A stretch of DNA of 64,000 nucleotides from an uncultured Planctomycetales bacterium. GTDB lineage: Bacteria > Omnitrophota > Gorgyraeia > Zapsychrales > JANLHA01. The notes beneath the pieces are model-generated. The model made no database searches. It was not told the DNA's origin and worked only from the letters and a program-made list of their open reading frames with translations. This document shows positions 1 to 9,693 of the stretch, piece by piece (position 1 is the first letter of the stretch; each line of letters begins with the position of its first letter). The stretch covers positions 8,301 through 72,300 of the forward strand of contig CAZQQI010000011.1 in the NCBI GenBank assembly GCA_964595465.1, in the 5' to 3' direction. Made by a program: the position numbers and the translations under genes.

Positions 1-1495
1 TATCGATCCGCGGGAACAGCGCCTCATGCGTCCCCAGCTCTGTTCCCGGAGTCAAACCGGGATAGGCGATCTTGCTCTCCCTCGCTCCCAAAACCTTAAG
101 CACCTGATCCGTCTTCTCGGGCATGACCGGGCTCAGCGCCACCGCCGCCGCCCGCAGGGCTTCCGTCGCTGTATATAGAACCCTGCCGGCCGCCGGCAGA
201 TCGGTCTTGGCCAGCTTCCAGGGGGCCTGGACTTCCATATATTTATTGGTCTGCCGCACCAGCTGAAGGGTCTCTTCGATCGCGTCATGGATACGCATAT
301 CATCGACCAGCCGGGCGATCTTTTCCTCCAGCGTGTTAATGGCGGTGATGGTCCCTTCTTCATCCGCAGTCGGCTCGCCCGGTTCAGGGATCCTGCCGTC
401 AAAATATTTCCCCAGCAGGCCGCTGACACGGTTCAGCAGATTACCGAAATCATTGGCCAGGTCGCTGTTATAGCGTTTAATAAAAGACTCCGGTGTAAAA
501 CTAGCGTCCAGGCCCAGAACCATCTCGCGCATCAGGTAATAACGGACCGCGTCCACCCCGAATTCATCGATCAGCTCCAGCGGGTTGACCACGTTGCCCA
601 GGGACTTACTCATCTTGGCCTCACCGGTCAGCCACCAGCCGTGGGCAAAGATCATCTGCGGCAGTTCCACGCCCAGCGACATCAGCATGGTCGGCCAGTA
701 CACCGCGTGCGTGGTCAGAATATCCTTGCCGATCAGATGCGCAGAGACCGGCCACCATTCGGCAAAACGCTGTTCATCCGATCCCCAGCCGGGGGCTGAA
801 ATATAATTCATCAGCGCGTCAAACCAGACATACGTCACATAATCCTTGTCAAACGGAAGCTCGATCCCCCAATTCAGGCGTGACTTAGGACGGGAAATAC
901 ACAGATCGCCCAGCGGCTGACGGAGAAACCCCAGGATCTCATTCCGGCGGGATTCAGGCTGAATAAATTTCGGGTTCTGCTCAATATGGTCGATCAGCCT
1001 CTGCTGATAATGGCTCATACGGAAAAAATAATTCTTCTCCTTAAGCTGCTTCACATCGCGGAATTCGCCGGACTGCTTCTCGGTCTCGGTAATGAAGCGC
1101 TCTTCAGCGACGGAGTACCAGCCCTCATATTCATCAGCATAGACATCGCCGTTATCGTAGACCTTCTGCAGGGCATGCTGGACGATGCGGGTATGACGCG
1201 ATTCAGTAGTCCGGATAAAATCATCATTGCTGATCTCCAGTTTGCGCCATAATTCCTGAAACCAGGAAACCATTTCGTCACAGTGCTGCTGCGGCTCCAC
1301 ACCGCGTTTTTCAGCGGCCTGCTGGACCTTCTGCCCGTGCTCATCGACGCCGGTCAGAAAAAATACCTGCTGATGTTCGACTTTGTGATACCGGGACAGA
1401 ACATCCGCCAGGATCGTGGTGTAGGCATGCCCGATATGCGGGCGGTCATTGACGTAATAGATCGGTGTGGTGACATAATAATGATTGGGGTCCAT
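1..1495 (-). CDS. metG: Methionine--tRNA ligase (3' end runs off window edge)
   Basis: Not in ORF track. Manual translation from ATG at 1495: MDPNHYYVTTPIYYVND..PHIGHAY (HIGH), YVWFDAL, KMSKSLGN, ..LFPRID at the edge. Confidence 0.95.
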   Translation of the reverse strand, partial: MDPNHYYVTTPIYYVNDRPHIGHAYTTILADVLSRYHKVEHQQVFFLTGVDEHGQKVQQAAEKRGVEPQQHCDEMVSWFQELWRKLEISNDDFIRTTESRHTRIVQHALQKVYDNGDVYADEYEGWYSVAEERFITETEKQSGEFRDVKQLKEKNYFFRMSHYQQRLIDHIEQNPKFIQPESRRNEILGFLRQPLGDLCISRPKSRLNWGIELPFDKDYVTYVWFDALMNYISAPGWGSDEQRFAEWWPVSAHLIGKDILTTHAVYWPTMLMSLGVELPQMIFAHGWWLTGEAKMSKSLGNVVNPLELIDEFGVDAVRYYLMREMVLGLDASFTPESFIKRYNSDLANDFGNLLNRVSGLLGKYFDGRIPEPGEPTADEEGTITAINTLEEKIARLVDDMRIHDAIEETLQLVRQTNKYMEVQAPWKLAKTDLPAAGRVLYTATEALRAAAVALSPVMPEKTDQVLKVLGARESKIAYPGLTPGTELGTHEALFPRID

Positions 1496-1520
1496 ATCCG
1501 TTCCTTCGTGTAGCAAAAAC

Positions 1521-2390
1521 TTACTGTTTCGGTTCCGCTTCCTGCGGACCGCTTTCCGTCTTCTCTTCCCGGTGCGGCTGATCATCCTGCGCGCCCTTTT
1601 CCTCCAGAGGTCCGTAATCCATCTTGATCAGCTTTCCTTCGACATCGATCAGGGCGAAGCGTTTGAGGATGTTGACGTCGCGCACGCGCCCCCGCCCTTC
1701 CGGCGTGTTGACCTTGTCCCCGGCCCGCGGCAGGTCCCGGGAGAGTTCCCGGTAGGCCTTAAACTCATAAGCCATACAGCACTTGATCCGGCCGCAGACT
1801 CCGGAGATCCGGGACGGGTTCAGAGGCAGGGCCTGTTCCTTAGCCATTTTGATCGACAGCGGAAAGAATTTCTTGATATAGGACGAACAGCATAACTGAC
1901 ATCCGCAGACACCGTACCCGCCGACCATCTTGGCCTTGTCGCGGACAGGGATCTGCTTCAGCTCAATGCGCACACGGAAGACCTTGGCCAGATCTTTGAC
2001 CAGGGCGCGGAAATCCACCCGCTGGTCCGCGGTGAAATAAAAAATGATCTTACTGCAGTCGAACGTGTATTCCGATTTGAAGATCCTCATATCCAGCTTG
2101 CGTTCATTGACCTTGCGCGCACAGATCGAAATGGCGTCGCGGGCTTTCTGCATGTTATTGCGGATCTGATTCTGATCTCCTTCGGTTACCACCCTCAGGA
2201 CCTTGCCTGTGCAGCGCGCTGTCTCGGGGACATGTTCTTCATGTTCCGGCTCGGAAACAACCCGGCCGAACTCCGTGCCCCGCTCCGCCTCCAGGATCAC
2301 ACAATCGTTCCGCTGACATGCCACATCATTCAATTCAAAATACGCCACAGGACGGAAATGCCCGACCTGGACCTGTACAAGTTTTGTCAT
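1521..2390 (-). CDS. PSP1-domain regulatory Fe-S protein (RicT/YaaT family)
   Basis: FTADQRVDFRALVKDLA, GVCGCQLCC, ISGVCGRIKCC motifs; conserved holB-yaaT-metG order. Confidence 0.9.
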   Translation of the reverse strand: MTKLVQVQVGHFRPVAYFELNDVACQRNDCVILEAERGTEFGRVVSEPEHEEHVPETARCTGKVLRVVTEGDQNQIRNNMQKARDAISICARKVNERKLDMRIFKSEYTFDCSKIIFYFTADQRVDFRALVKDLAKVFRVRIELKQIPVRDKAKMVGGYGVCGCQLCCSSYIKKFFPLSIKMAKEQALPLNPSRISGVCGRIKCCMAYEFKAYRELSRDLPRAGDKVNTPEGRGRVRDVNILKRFALIDVEGKLIKMDYGPLEEKGAQDDQPHREEKTESGPQEAEPKQ

Positions 2391-3355
2391 AGCTTCTCCT
2401 TCAACATCATTAGGGGCAGCTTCACGTTAAGATTTTCACGAACGTTTTTACGGGTCCGCACAATATCGTCTATGATCTCGCGGATCTGGATCAACGAATA
2501 TTTGGCCGCAGCCTGCTTCAGTTCCCTCTGCTTTTCCGCGTGGGCAGTCCGGGCCGCAGGAAGACCGGCCTTAGCCAGCAGAACATCACGAAACCATAAT
2601 AACAGCATATCCAGGGCCTCCCGGGTCGCGTCCCTATCCGCCAGAAGCTCTTTCAGATCCTTGTCCTTCATCGCCCGGCCGAAAAAAGCCTTTAAATACT
2701 GATCCCTCTTCTGCTGACCCCGATCCTCAGCCATAAGGACAGCCTGGCCGTAACTGCCTTCACAGTAATCCGCCAGAAAAGCCGCATCCGGGGGGTCCAG
2801 CTGATGCTCCGTTATCATACGGTTCACCAGATCCTTACGGGAAAGGGCGAAGAACGGGATGCCGTGACAGCGGGACCGTATCGTGGACAAAAGCCTCTGC
2901 GGAGATGATGTCAGCAGGATCATCAGGCTCTGCCCCGACGGCTCCTCCAGAGTCTTAAGCAGGGCATTGGCTGCCTCCACGGTCATCATATCCGCGTGAC
3001 GGATCAGGACCACTTTATACCGGCCTTCATAAGGGCGGAGATGGCCCCGGCTGATCAATTCCCGCACCCGCTCGATCCTGATCTTTTCATCGGTGCCTTC
3101 GTCGACCAAAACAACATCAGGATGATTGCCGGAGGCGATCTTCTGACATGACGGGCATTCCCCGCAGGCATGGTCCGTGCCGGAAGAATTCACGTCACAG
3201 TTCAGGGCGCGGGCCACATTCACCGCGGTCGTCCACTTTCCCGAACCGGAAGGGCCGTGAAAAAGATAGGCATGCGCCAGGCGCTGATGCCCCGCCATGG
3301 CGGTGAAGCGCTTCAGCACACGGCTGTCAGCAGATGTCTGCGCGGTTCCGGTCAT
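2387..3355 (-). CDS. holB: DNA polymerase III delta' subunit
   Basis: HAYLFHGPSGSGK, CGECPSC zinc site, ANALLKTLEEP, TIRSRC; follows tmk. Confidence 0.93.
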   Translation of the reverse strand: MTGTAQTSADSRVLKRFTAMAGHQRLAHAYLFHGPSGSGKWTTAVNVARALNCDVNSSGTDHACGECPSCQKIASGNHPDVVLVDEGTDEKIRIERVRELISRGHLRPYEGRYKVVLIRHADMMTVEAANALLKTLEEPSGQSLMILLTSSPQRLLSTIRSRCHGIPFFALSRKDLVNRMITEHQLDPPDAAFLADYCEGSYGQAVLMAEDRGQQKRDQYLKAFFGRAMKDKDLKELLADRDATREALDMLLLWFRDVLLAKAGLPAARTAHAEKQRELKQAAAKYSLIQIREIIDDIVRTRKNVRENLNVKLPLMMLKEKL

Positions 3356-3975
3356 GATCGTTTCTCCAGACAGCCGTCAAGAGCGCGGCGGACGTCCGCA
3401 AAGATCTCCCCGCGGGAACGGTCCGCTGAAATGACCCGGATACGTTCCGGCTCCTGTCGGGACAATTCCAAATATCCTTCTCTGACCTTCTGGTGATAAT
3501 CAAGAGAACGCTGTTCAATACGGTCCTTGTTGTCTCCAGCCCGCCGCAGACCTTCTGCGGCATCAATATCAAAGACCAGCGTGATATCCGGCCGGATTGA
3601 ACGGGTCGCGAAACGACCGATGTCGCGGATCGCCGAAAGCGCGACCCCGATCCCGTACCCCTGATAAACCAGAGTCGAATCCAGAAAGCGGTCGCATAAA
3701 ACCAGCCGTCCCTGTTCCAGCGCCGGGACCAGAACTTCAGCGACCAGCTGGGCGCGGGCCGCCATGTACAAAAGCACCTCGCATTCCCGGCACATTTCAG
3801 TATTGTCGACATCCAGCAAAAGGTCACGCACCCTCTCGCTGATCTTGACCCCGCCGGGTTCACGCAAAAGCAGGACATCATGGCCCTGCTGCTTCAGGTA
3901 TTCTTGGGCGAAAGCGATCTGTGTGCTTTTGCCCGATCCTTCCGCCCCTTCAAATGTGATAAAACGTCCGCTCAT
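3352..3975 (-). CDS. tmk: Thymidylate kinase
   Basis: FITFEGAEGSGKST, REPGG, CDRF motifs. Confidence 0.96.
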   Translation of the reverse strand: MSGRFITFEGAEGSGKSTQIAFAQEYLKQQGHDVLLLREPGGVKISERVRDLLLDVDNTEMCRECEVLLYMAARAQLVAEVLVPALEQGRLVLCDRFLDSTLVYQGYGIGVALSAIRDIGRFATRSIRPDITLVFDIDAAEGLRRAGDNKDRIEQRSLDYHQKVREGYLELSRQEPERIRVISADRSRGEIFADVRRALDGCLEKRS

Positions 3976-5384
3976 GCCGGCTCCAATTCCTGCCCTTGCG
4001 GGGTGTCTTTGACCTTGATCCCTTTTTCGGCAAGATGGTCGCGGATCTCGTCCGACCGCTGATAATTCTTCTCGGCGCGGGCCGCCTGCCTTTCCCGGAT
4101 CAACTCCGACACAGCAGGATCTTTAACCGCCTCCTGAAATTCTTCGTCCAGATCAGAAAAATCCGCGGACAGTCCAAAGACACGCTCAAGCAGGTCTCCC
4201 GCCGCTGCCGCGCCCTGAGTGATCAGGACCTCCCCGCCCTTGCGCCCTTGCGCCTTATTGACATCATTCAGCAGTTCAAAGAACACGGCCCAGGCCCGCG
4301 GGGTATTAAAATCATCGTCCATGGCGGCTGTAAACGCATTACGGAACGCCGTAACACGTTGCTCTTCCGGAGCATCAGGATCCGCGGAGAGCTTTTCCGC
4401 CAAAACACTCAGCCGCCAGATCTTCTTGCGGGCCTGACGGACCTCGGCCATCCTGTCGTCGGAAAAATCCAGTGTACTGCGGTAATGCGTCATTAAAAAA
4501 AGCATTTTGATATCGTCAACGGAATATTTGCGGACAGCATCCTCGATCGTAATAAAATTCCCCAGCGACTTGGACATCTTCTGTTTATTGATCGTCAGCA
4601 GACCATGATGGATCCAGTATTTGGCGAACGGCTTTCCGGTCAGGGCCTCGGCCTGAGCGATCTCGTTCTCGTGATGCGGAAACTGCAGGTCTAATCCGCC
4701 GCCGTGAATATCCAGGGTATCGCATCCCAGATGCTTCAGGCTCATGCAGGAACATTCAATATGCCACCCCGGACGTCCCGCGCCCCAGGGACTGTCCCAG
4801 GCGGGCTCTCCCTCTTTCGAGGCCTTCCAGAGAGCAAAATCCAGGGGGTCACGCTTTTTTGCGCCCTTTTCAATCCGCACGCTGTCCAGCATATGCTCAA
4901 TACTCTGTCCGGAAAGCCTGCCGTAGCCGTCAAACCGGCGGACCGCAAAATAGACATCGCCATCGACGGCATAAGCGGCGTCTTTCTCGATCAGTCCCTC
5001 GATCACCCGGATCATTTCAGCAATATTTTCCGTGGCGCGCGGCTCATAATCCGGCTCCCCGATACCCAAAGACTGCAGGTCCTGCCGGTAGTCGGCAATA
5101 TTATCCGCCACGATCTTTTGCCAATCCACGCCCTGCTCAAGGGCCCGGTTGATGATCTTGTCATCCACGTCGGTGATATTCCTGGCAAAAGTCACCCGGT
5201 AGCCGCGGTACTCCAGATACCGCCGGATTACATCAAAGACATACAGACTGCGCGCGTGGCCGATATGACATTTATCGTAAACCGTAACACCGCAGGTATA
5301 CATGTTGATATTCTTCCCGCCGGGGTCGATCGGCGCGAAGGGCTCTTTTTGACCGCTGAGTGTATTGTAAAGCTGTATCCCCAC
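3972..5384 (-). CDS. cysS: Cysteine--tRNA ligase
   Basis: CGVTVYD, HIGH, GRPGWHIEC, FPHHENE, KMSKS. Confidence 0.98.
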   Translation of the reverse strand: MGIQLYNTLSGQKEPFAPIDPGGKNINMYTCGVTVYDKCHIGHARSLYVFDVIRRYLEYRGYRVTFARNITDVDDKIINRALEQGVDWQKIVADNIADYRQDLQSLGIGEPDYEPRATENIAEMIRVIEGLIEKDAAYAVDGDVYFAVRRFDGYGRLSGQSIEHMLDSVRIEKGAKKRDPLDFALWKASKEGEPAWDSPWGAGRPGWHIECSCMSLKHLGCDTLDIHGGGLDLQFPHHENEIAQAEALTGKPFAKYWIHHGLLTINKQKMSKSLGNFITIEDAVRKYSVDDIKMLFLMTHYRSTLDFSDDRMAEVRQARKKIWRLSVLAEKLSADPDAPEEQRVTAFRNAFTAAMDDDFNTPRAWAVFFELLNDVNKAQGRKGGEVLITQGAAAAGDLLERVFGLSADFSDLDEEFQEAVKDPAVSELIRERQAARAEKNYQRSDEIRDHLAEKGIKVKDTPQGQELEPA

Positions 5385-6097
5385 TATTCCTCCTCGTTAC
5401 CCATATCATCCCGGGCGACATCGCATCCGGCCCGGCGTTCCAGTTCCACCACCCTGCGGTGCAGGGCGCGCAGGTTGGCAGAGACCGGATCCAGGACATG
5501 CCCGTGGTCCATCAGGATATCGATCTTCTGCCCCTCCTGCCGGGTCACCCGTCCAGGCACCCCGACCACTGTCGTGTTGGATGGAACATCCTTGATCACC
5601 ACCGCGTTGGCTCCGATATAAGAATTGGAACCGATCACAATATTGCCCAGCACCTTGGCTCCGGCTCCGACCACAATATTATCTTTTAAGGTGGGATGCC
5701 GTTTGCCGGTTTCTTTTCCGGTCCCGCCCAGGGTGACCCCCTGAAACAGGGCGACATTCTCTCCGATGACCGCTGTCTCTCCGATCACTACCCCCATGCC
5801 GTGATCGATGAACAGCCGCCGTCCGATCTGCGCTCCGGGATGGATCTCGACCCCTGTGCAGAAACGGGCCAGCTGAGAGATCAGCCTGGGAAAAAACGGG
5901 ATCTGCCGTTTAAACAAAAAATGCGCGACCCGGTACCAGATCAGAGCGTGCAGTCCCGGATAGAGCAGAAGAATTTCTAACGTGCTCTGCGCGGCCGGAT
6001 CACGGTCCTTGGTCGCCTGGATCTCTTCAGCAAAGATCAGCCGCACATAAAGAAAAACCGCGGCGACAATACCCAGTAATATAAAAAATATCATCAT
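5384..6097 (-). CDS. cysE: Serine O-acetyltransferase with N-terminal hydrophobic segment
   Basis: DPAA..LYPGLHA, hexapeptide repeats, [15 protein letters not shown]; GGGAGG SD upstream of start. Confidence 0.93.
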   Translation of the reverse strand: MMIFFILLGIVAAVFLYVRLIFAEEIQATKDRDPAAQSTLEILLLYPGLHALIWYRVAHFLFKRQIPFFPRLISQLARFCTGVEIHPGAQIGRRLFIDHGMGVVIGETAVIGENVALFQGVTLGGTGKETGKRHPTLKDNIVVGAGAKVLGNIVIGSNSYIGANAVVIKDVPSNTTVVGVPGRVTRQEGQKIDILMDHGHVLDPVSANLRALHRRVVELERRAGCDVARDDMGNEEE

Positions 6098-6113
6098 ACT
6101 GTGCCTCCCTCAA

Positions 6114-6599
6114 TCATGTCATCTGCTGCAGGGTCACTGTGGCGTAACAGGCGATCCCTTCCCCCCGGCCGATATGCCCCATACCTTCATTGGTCTTCGC
6201 TTTAATATTGACAAAGCACGGCTCCACCCTCAGGATCCCGGCAATGCGTTCAGCCATCCGTGTTTTAAAGACCTTGATCTTGGGCTCCTGCAGGATGACC
6301 ACCGCGTCCACGTTCCCGACACGGTATCCGTCTCCCGCAGCCAATTCATAAACCTGCTTCAATAAGACCGAGCTATCAGCATCCTGGTAACGCGGATCCG
6401 TATCCGGAAAGTGCTCGCCGATATCTCCCTTGCCCAGCGCGCCCAGCATAGCGTCGGAGATCGCGTGCAGAACCGCATCAGCGTCGGAATGTCCGTCCAG
6501 GCCGAATTCATGCGGAACTTCGATGCCCCCCAGCACCAGACGGCGGCCTTTCACAAAGCGATGAGAATCATAGCCGATCCCGACGCGTAGATCAGACAT
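6114..6599 (-). CDS. ispF: 2-C-methyl-D-erythritol 2,4-cyclodiphosphate synthase
   Basis: RVGIGYDSH, GHSDADA, GDIGEHFP; start adjusted to ATG 6599. Confidence 0.96.
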   Translation of the reverse strand: MSDLRVGIGYDSHRFVKGRRLVLGGIEVPHEFGLDGHSDADAVLHAISDAMLGALGKGDIGEHFPDTDPRYQDADSSVLLKQVYELAAGDGYRVGNVDAVVILQEPKIKVFKTRMAERIAGILRVEPCFVNIKAKTNEGMGHIGRGEGIACYATVTLQQMT

Positions 6600-7293
6600 A
6601 GCCGTCCTCCTCACGTAAAAATAATTCCGCCAGACTCAGATCTTCCGGCGTCGTGATCTTAATATTGCGGTACGAGCCCGGTACAATGGTCACCGGCACA
6701 CCGGTATCTTCGACCAGTTTGGCATCATCACTTGCTGAACCTTCTGCCCCGGCATAGGCCTTCAGCAGAATATCCCGCCGAAAGATCTGCGGGGTCTGCG
6801 CCTCCCAAAGAACATCCCGCGGAAGGGTCTCATGGACAGTCAGACCATTCTTCCCGACGCGCTTGATCGTGGGTTTAAGCGGAACACCGGGTATCGCGGC
6901 CCCGCTCTTCCGGGCTTCAGCAAACACCCGTCGAAAATCGTCAGCAGACAAAAAAGGACGCGCCGCGTCATGAACCGCGATCCATCCTGCATCTTCATCA
7001 ACAGCCTGCAGGCCCCGGCGGACAGAATCTGTCCGTTCGGCGCCGCCTTCGACCAAACGGATTTCCGGACCCTCTTGAAACACAGACAATATCTGTTCGG
7101 CCTGATCCCGGTCACCCGGCGGAATAAGCACCACCAAAACACTGATCTCACCAAGACCCGCCAGCATCTTCACGGTCCGCAAGATCATAGGCTCTCCGGC
7201 AACAGGCAAAAAGGCCTTGGGCGCTTTCATCCCCATACGCTCACCCCGTCCCGCGGCGGGCACGATCACCTGAAGCTTTGAAGATGGGTTCAT
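6592..7293 (-). CDS. ispD: 2-C-methyl-D-erythritol 4-phosphate cytidylyltransferase
   Basis: PAAGRGERM, VHDAARP, QTPQ, NIKITTPED. Confidence 0.95.
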   Translation of the reverse strand: MNPSSKLQVIVPAAGRGERMGMKAPKAFLPVAGEPMILRTVKMLAGLGEISVLVVLIPPGDRDQAEQILSVFQEGPEIRLVEGGAERTDSVRRGLQAVDEDAGWIAVHDAARPFLSADDFRRVFAEARKSGAAIPGVPLKPTIKRVGKNGLTVHETLPRDVLWEAQTPQIFRRDILLKAYAGAEGSASDDAKLVEDTGVPVTIVPGSYRNIKITTPEDLSLAELFLREEDGYV

Positions 7294-8285
7294 CCCTGAT
7301 CCTTATGTTCTGAAAGTTTGGCAAAGATCATTTTCCCGCTGCCGGTCTGCAGCAAGGACACCACGACAATACCGGCCTTACTGCCGATACGGTCACGGGC
7401 CTGATTCACAATGACCATTGTGCCGTCTTCAGTATACCCGACAGCCTGCCCCGGTTCTTTGCCGTCCCGCACCAGGTCCACCTGCAGTTCATCGCCGATG
7501 GAATAAACCGGACGGGCCGCGTCAACCAAAGCGTTGATATTCAAAACCTGTATCCCCTGAATAGAGGCCACCTGCTCCAGACCGTAATCCAGAGTGCAGA
7601 TTCTGGCATCCATGACCTTGGCCAGCCGGACCAGTTTGCTGTCCACATCTTCGGCATGATAAACATTATCCTCATGCACGCGGACATCAATGAGCGGATC
7701 TTCCTGCATCATACGGACCATATCCAGCCCCCTGCGGCCGCGCCGCCGTTTATGCGGCTGAGAGACGTCGGATAGTTTCTGCAGTTCCTGCAGGACAAAA
7801 CTGGGCACCACCAGACGGTCATCAAAAAAATGGGTCTTGTAAATTTCTTTGACCCTGCCGTCGATCAGTGCGCTGGTATCAAGCAGGATGATCCGTTCGC
7901 CGATATCCTGGCGTTTGAACCGGACATAAGGAATAATCAGATTGAACTCGTCTTTCCCCCTCAAAGCCATGACCGCGCCGAGATACGAAAAGACCAGTGT
8001 CAGGACCACCCGCACCAGGGCATGCACATGTTCATCCAGAGGCAGCAGACTCATGACATCCGCGACGAGCTTGGCCATGAACACACCAAGAAGTAATCCG
8101 AAAACCATGCTGGATAACCCGCGGACCGAGACATGTTTCATACGGGCCTCGATCAGGATCAAAAATAAGCCGGAAATAAACCCCCACAAAGCGCCGATAA
8201 ACGGCTGCAGGTAAAGCGAACCGATAAAACTGCCGACGATCGCTGTAATGATCAAAAAGAACAGGCGGATAAAAAGCAGGGTCAT
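7290..8285 (-). CDS. Membrane PIN/TRAM domain protein (YacL family)
   Basis: N-terminal TM helices, LDTSALIDGR PIN motif, C-terminal TRAM (GKEPGQAVGY..DGTMVIV); radA-yacL-ispD synteny. Confidence 0.9.
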   Translation of the reverse strand: MTLLFIRLFFLIITAIVGSFIGSLYLQPFIGALWGFISGLFLILIEARMKHVSVRGLSSMVFGLLLGVFMAKLVADVMSLLPLDEHVHALVRVVLTLVFSYLGAVMALRGKDEFNLIIPYVRFKRQDIGERIILLDTSALIDGRVKEIYKTHFFDDRLVVPSFVLQELQKLSDVSQPHKRRRGRRGLDMVRMMQEDPLIDVRVHEDNVYHAEDVDSKLVRLAKVMDARICTLDYGLEQVASIQGIQVLNINALVDAARPVYSIGDELQVDLVRDGKEPGQAVGYTEDGTMVIVNQARDRIGSKAGIVVVSLLQTGSGKMIFAKLSEHKDQG

Positions 8286-8307
8286 GCGTCTGGCTCCTCG
8301 TTATCTG

Positions 8308-9684
8308 TTATTGGATAGCCTCGATCGCCTCACGGACATGAGCGACCGGCACCAGTTCCAGGCCGGAGATCGGCCGGGTCTTCTCCGTTAAATTATTGCG
8401 CGGCAGAATACACCGTTTAAAACCAAGTTTGACAGCCTCATTCAGACGGGCCGCCAGATACGTCACACTGCGGACCTCGGCGGACAGGCCGACCTCTCCG
8501 AAAACAACCATATCCCCCGGAACCGCCTGGTCGAGCAGTCCGGACGCCACAGCCAGGATCACCCCCAGATCAGCCGCCGGATCAGCAACCTTCATGCCCC
8601 CGACAACATTCAAAAAAACATCTTTATCACCGATGTTCATATCCAGACGTTTCTCCAGAACGGCTATCAGCAGGGCCAGACGGTTCGCGTCAAAACCCTG
8701 CGTCTTCTGACGGGCCACACCATAGGTGGACCGGCTGACCAGCCCCTGGATCTCGACCAGAAACGGCCGGCTGCCTTCGATCACCGGCAGGACCACAGAG
8801 CCGGCGGCATCCTCAGGACGCTCAGCCAAAAACATCTCCGAGGGGTTGGCGACCTCAAGCAGGCCCCGGGCCGTCATTTCAAAAACACCGATCTCATTGG
8901 TCGAACCGAACCGGTTTTTTATACCGCGAATGATACGGTACGTCGTGTAGCGTTCCCCTTCAAAATAGAGGACTGTATCAACGATATGCTCCAGAACGCG
9001 CGGACCGGCGATCGCCCCTTCTTTGGTCACATGGCCGATAAAGATCAATGCGACACCCTCATGTTTGGCCATCTGGGTTAAAAAAGACGCGCATTCCCGC
9101 ACCTGACTGACACTGCCCGGGCTGGACGCGATATCCGGATGATGCAGAACCTGAATGGAATCGATCACCACCACATCCGGCTTGATCCGGCGGATATGGT
9201 CTTCGACCAGCGCCGCGTTGGTCTCGCTGACAATGAGCAAAGATTCATGCGTGCCGGCATCCAGACGGTCAGCGCGCATCTTGGTCTGCTGGACCGATTC
9301 CTCGCCGCTGACATACAGAACAGTGCGTCCCTGATCGCTCAAACGGGCCACAGCCTGCAAGGTCAGGGTCGATTTTCCGATACCCGGGTCTCCGCCGATC
9401 AACGTCACAGAACCCGGAACGACCCCGCCGCCCAGAACCCGGTCCAGTTCAGCAATGCCGGTCGTGATCCGCGGCGCGGCTTCGCTGACCACATCACTCA
9501 ACCGCAACGGCTGGGATTTCGTCCCCGCATCCCGGCCGCGTGCCGAGACAGCCTGCGCTGCCGGCGCCGTACGTTCTTCAACATACGAATTCCAGCTTTC
9601 ACAGTTCTGACAGCGGCCCACCCAGCGCGGTGACTGGGACCCGCATTCCTGACAGACATAAATGGTTTTGGTCTTAGCACTCAT
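8308..9684 (-). CDS. radA: DNA repair protein RadA/Sms
   Basis: CQECG..GRCQNC zinc finger, GGDPGIGKST, KNRFG. Confidence 0.97.
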   Translation of the reverse strand: MSAKTKTIYVCQECGSQSPRWVGRCQNCESWNSYVEERTAPAAQAVSARGRDAGTKSQPLRLSDVVSEAAPRITTGIAELDRVLGGGVVPGSVTLIGGDPGIGKSTLTLQAVARLSDQGRTVLYVSGEESVQQTKMRADRLDAGTHESLLIVSETNAALVEDHIRRIKPDVVVIDSIQVLHHPDIASSPGSVSQVRECASFLTQMAKHEGVALIFIGHVTKEGAIAGPRVLEHIVDTVLYFEGERYTTYRIIRGIKNRFGSTNEIGVFEMTARGLLEVANPSEMFLAERPEDAAGSVVLPVIEGSRPFLVEIQGLVSRSTYGVARQKTQGFDANRLALLIAVLEKRLDMNIGDKDVFLNVVGGMKVADPAADLGVILAVASGLLDQAVPGDMVVFGEVGLSAEVRSVTYLAARLNEAVKLGFKRCILPRNNLTEKTRPISGLELVPVAHVREAIEAIQ

Positions 9685-9693
9685 GAACAGGTC

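Noticed and set aside
287-799. Numerous long plus-strand ORFs (e.g. 287-799, 4704-5621, 11084-11983, 61035-61967)
   Set aside because: Antisense shadows of well-conserved minus-strand genes, with no recognisable motifs.
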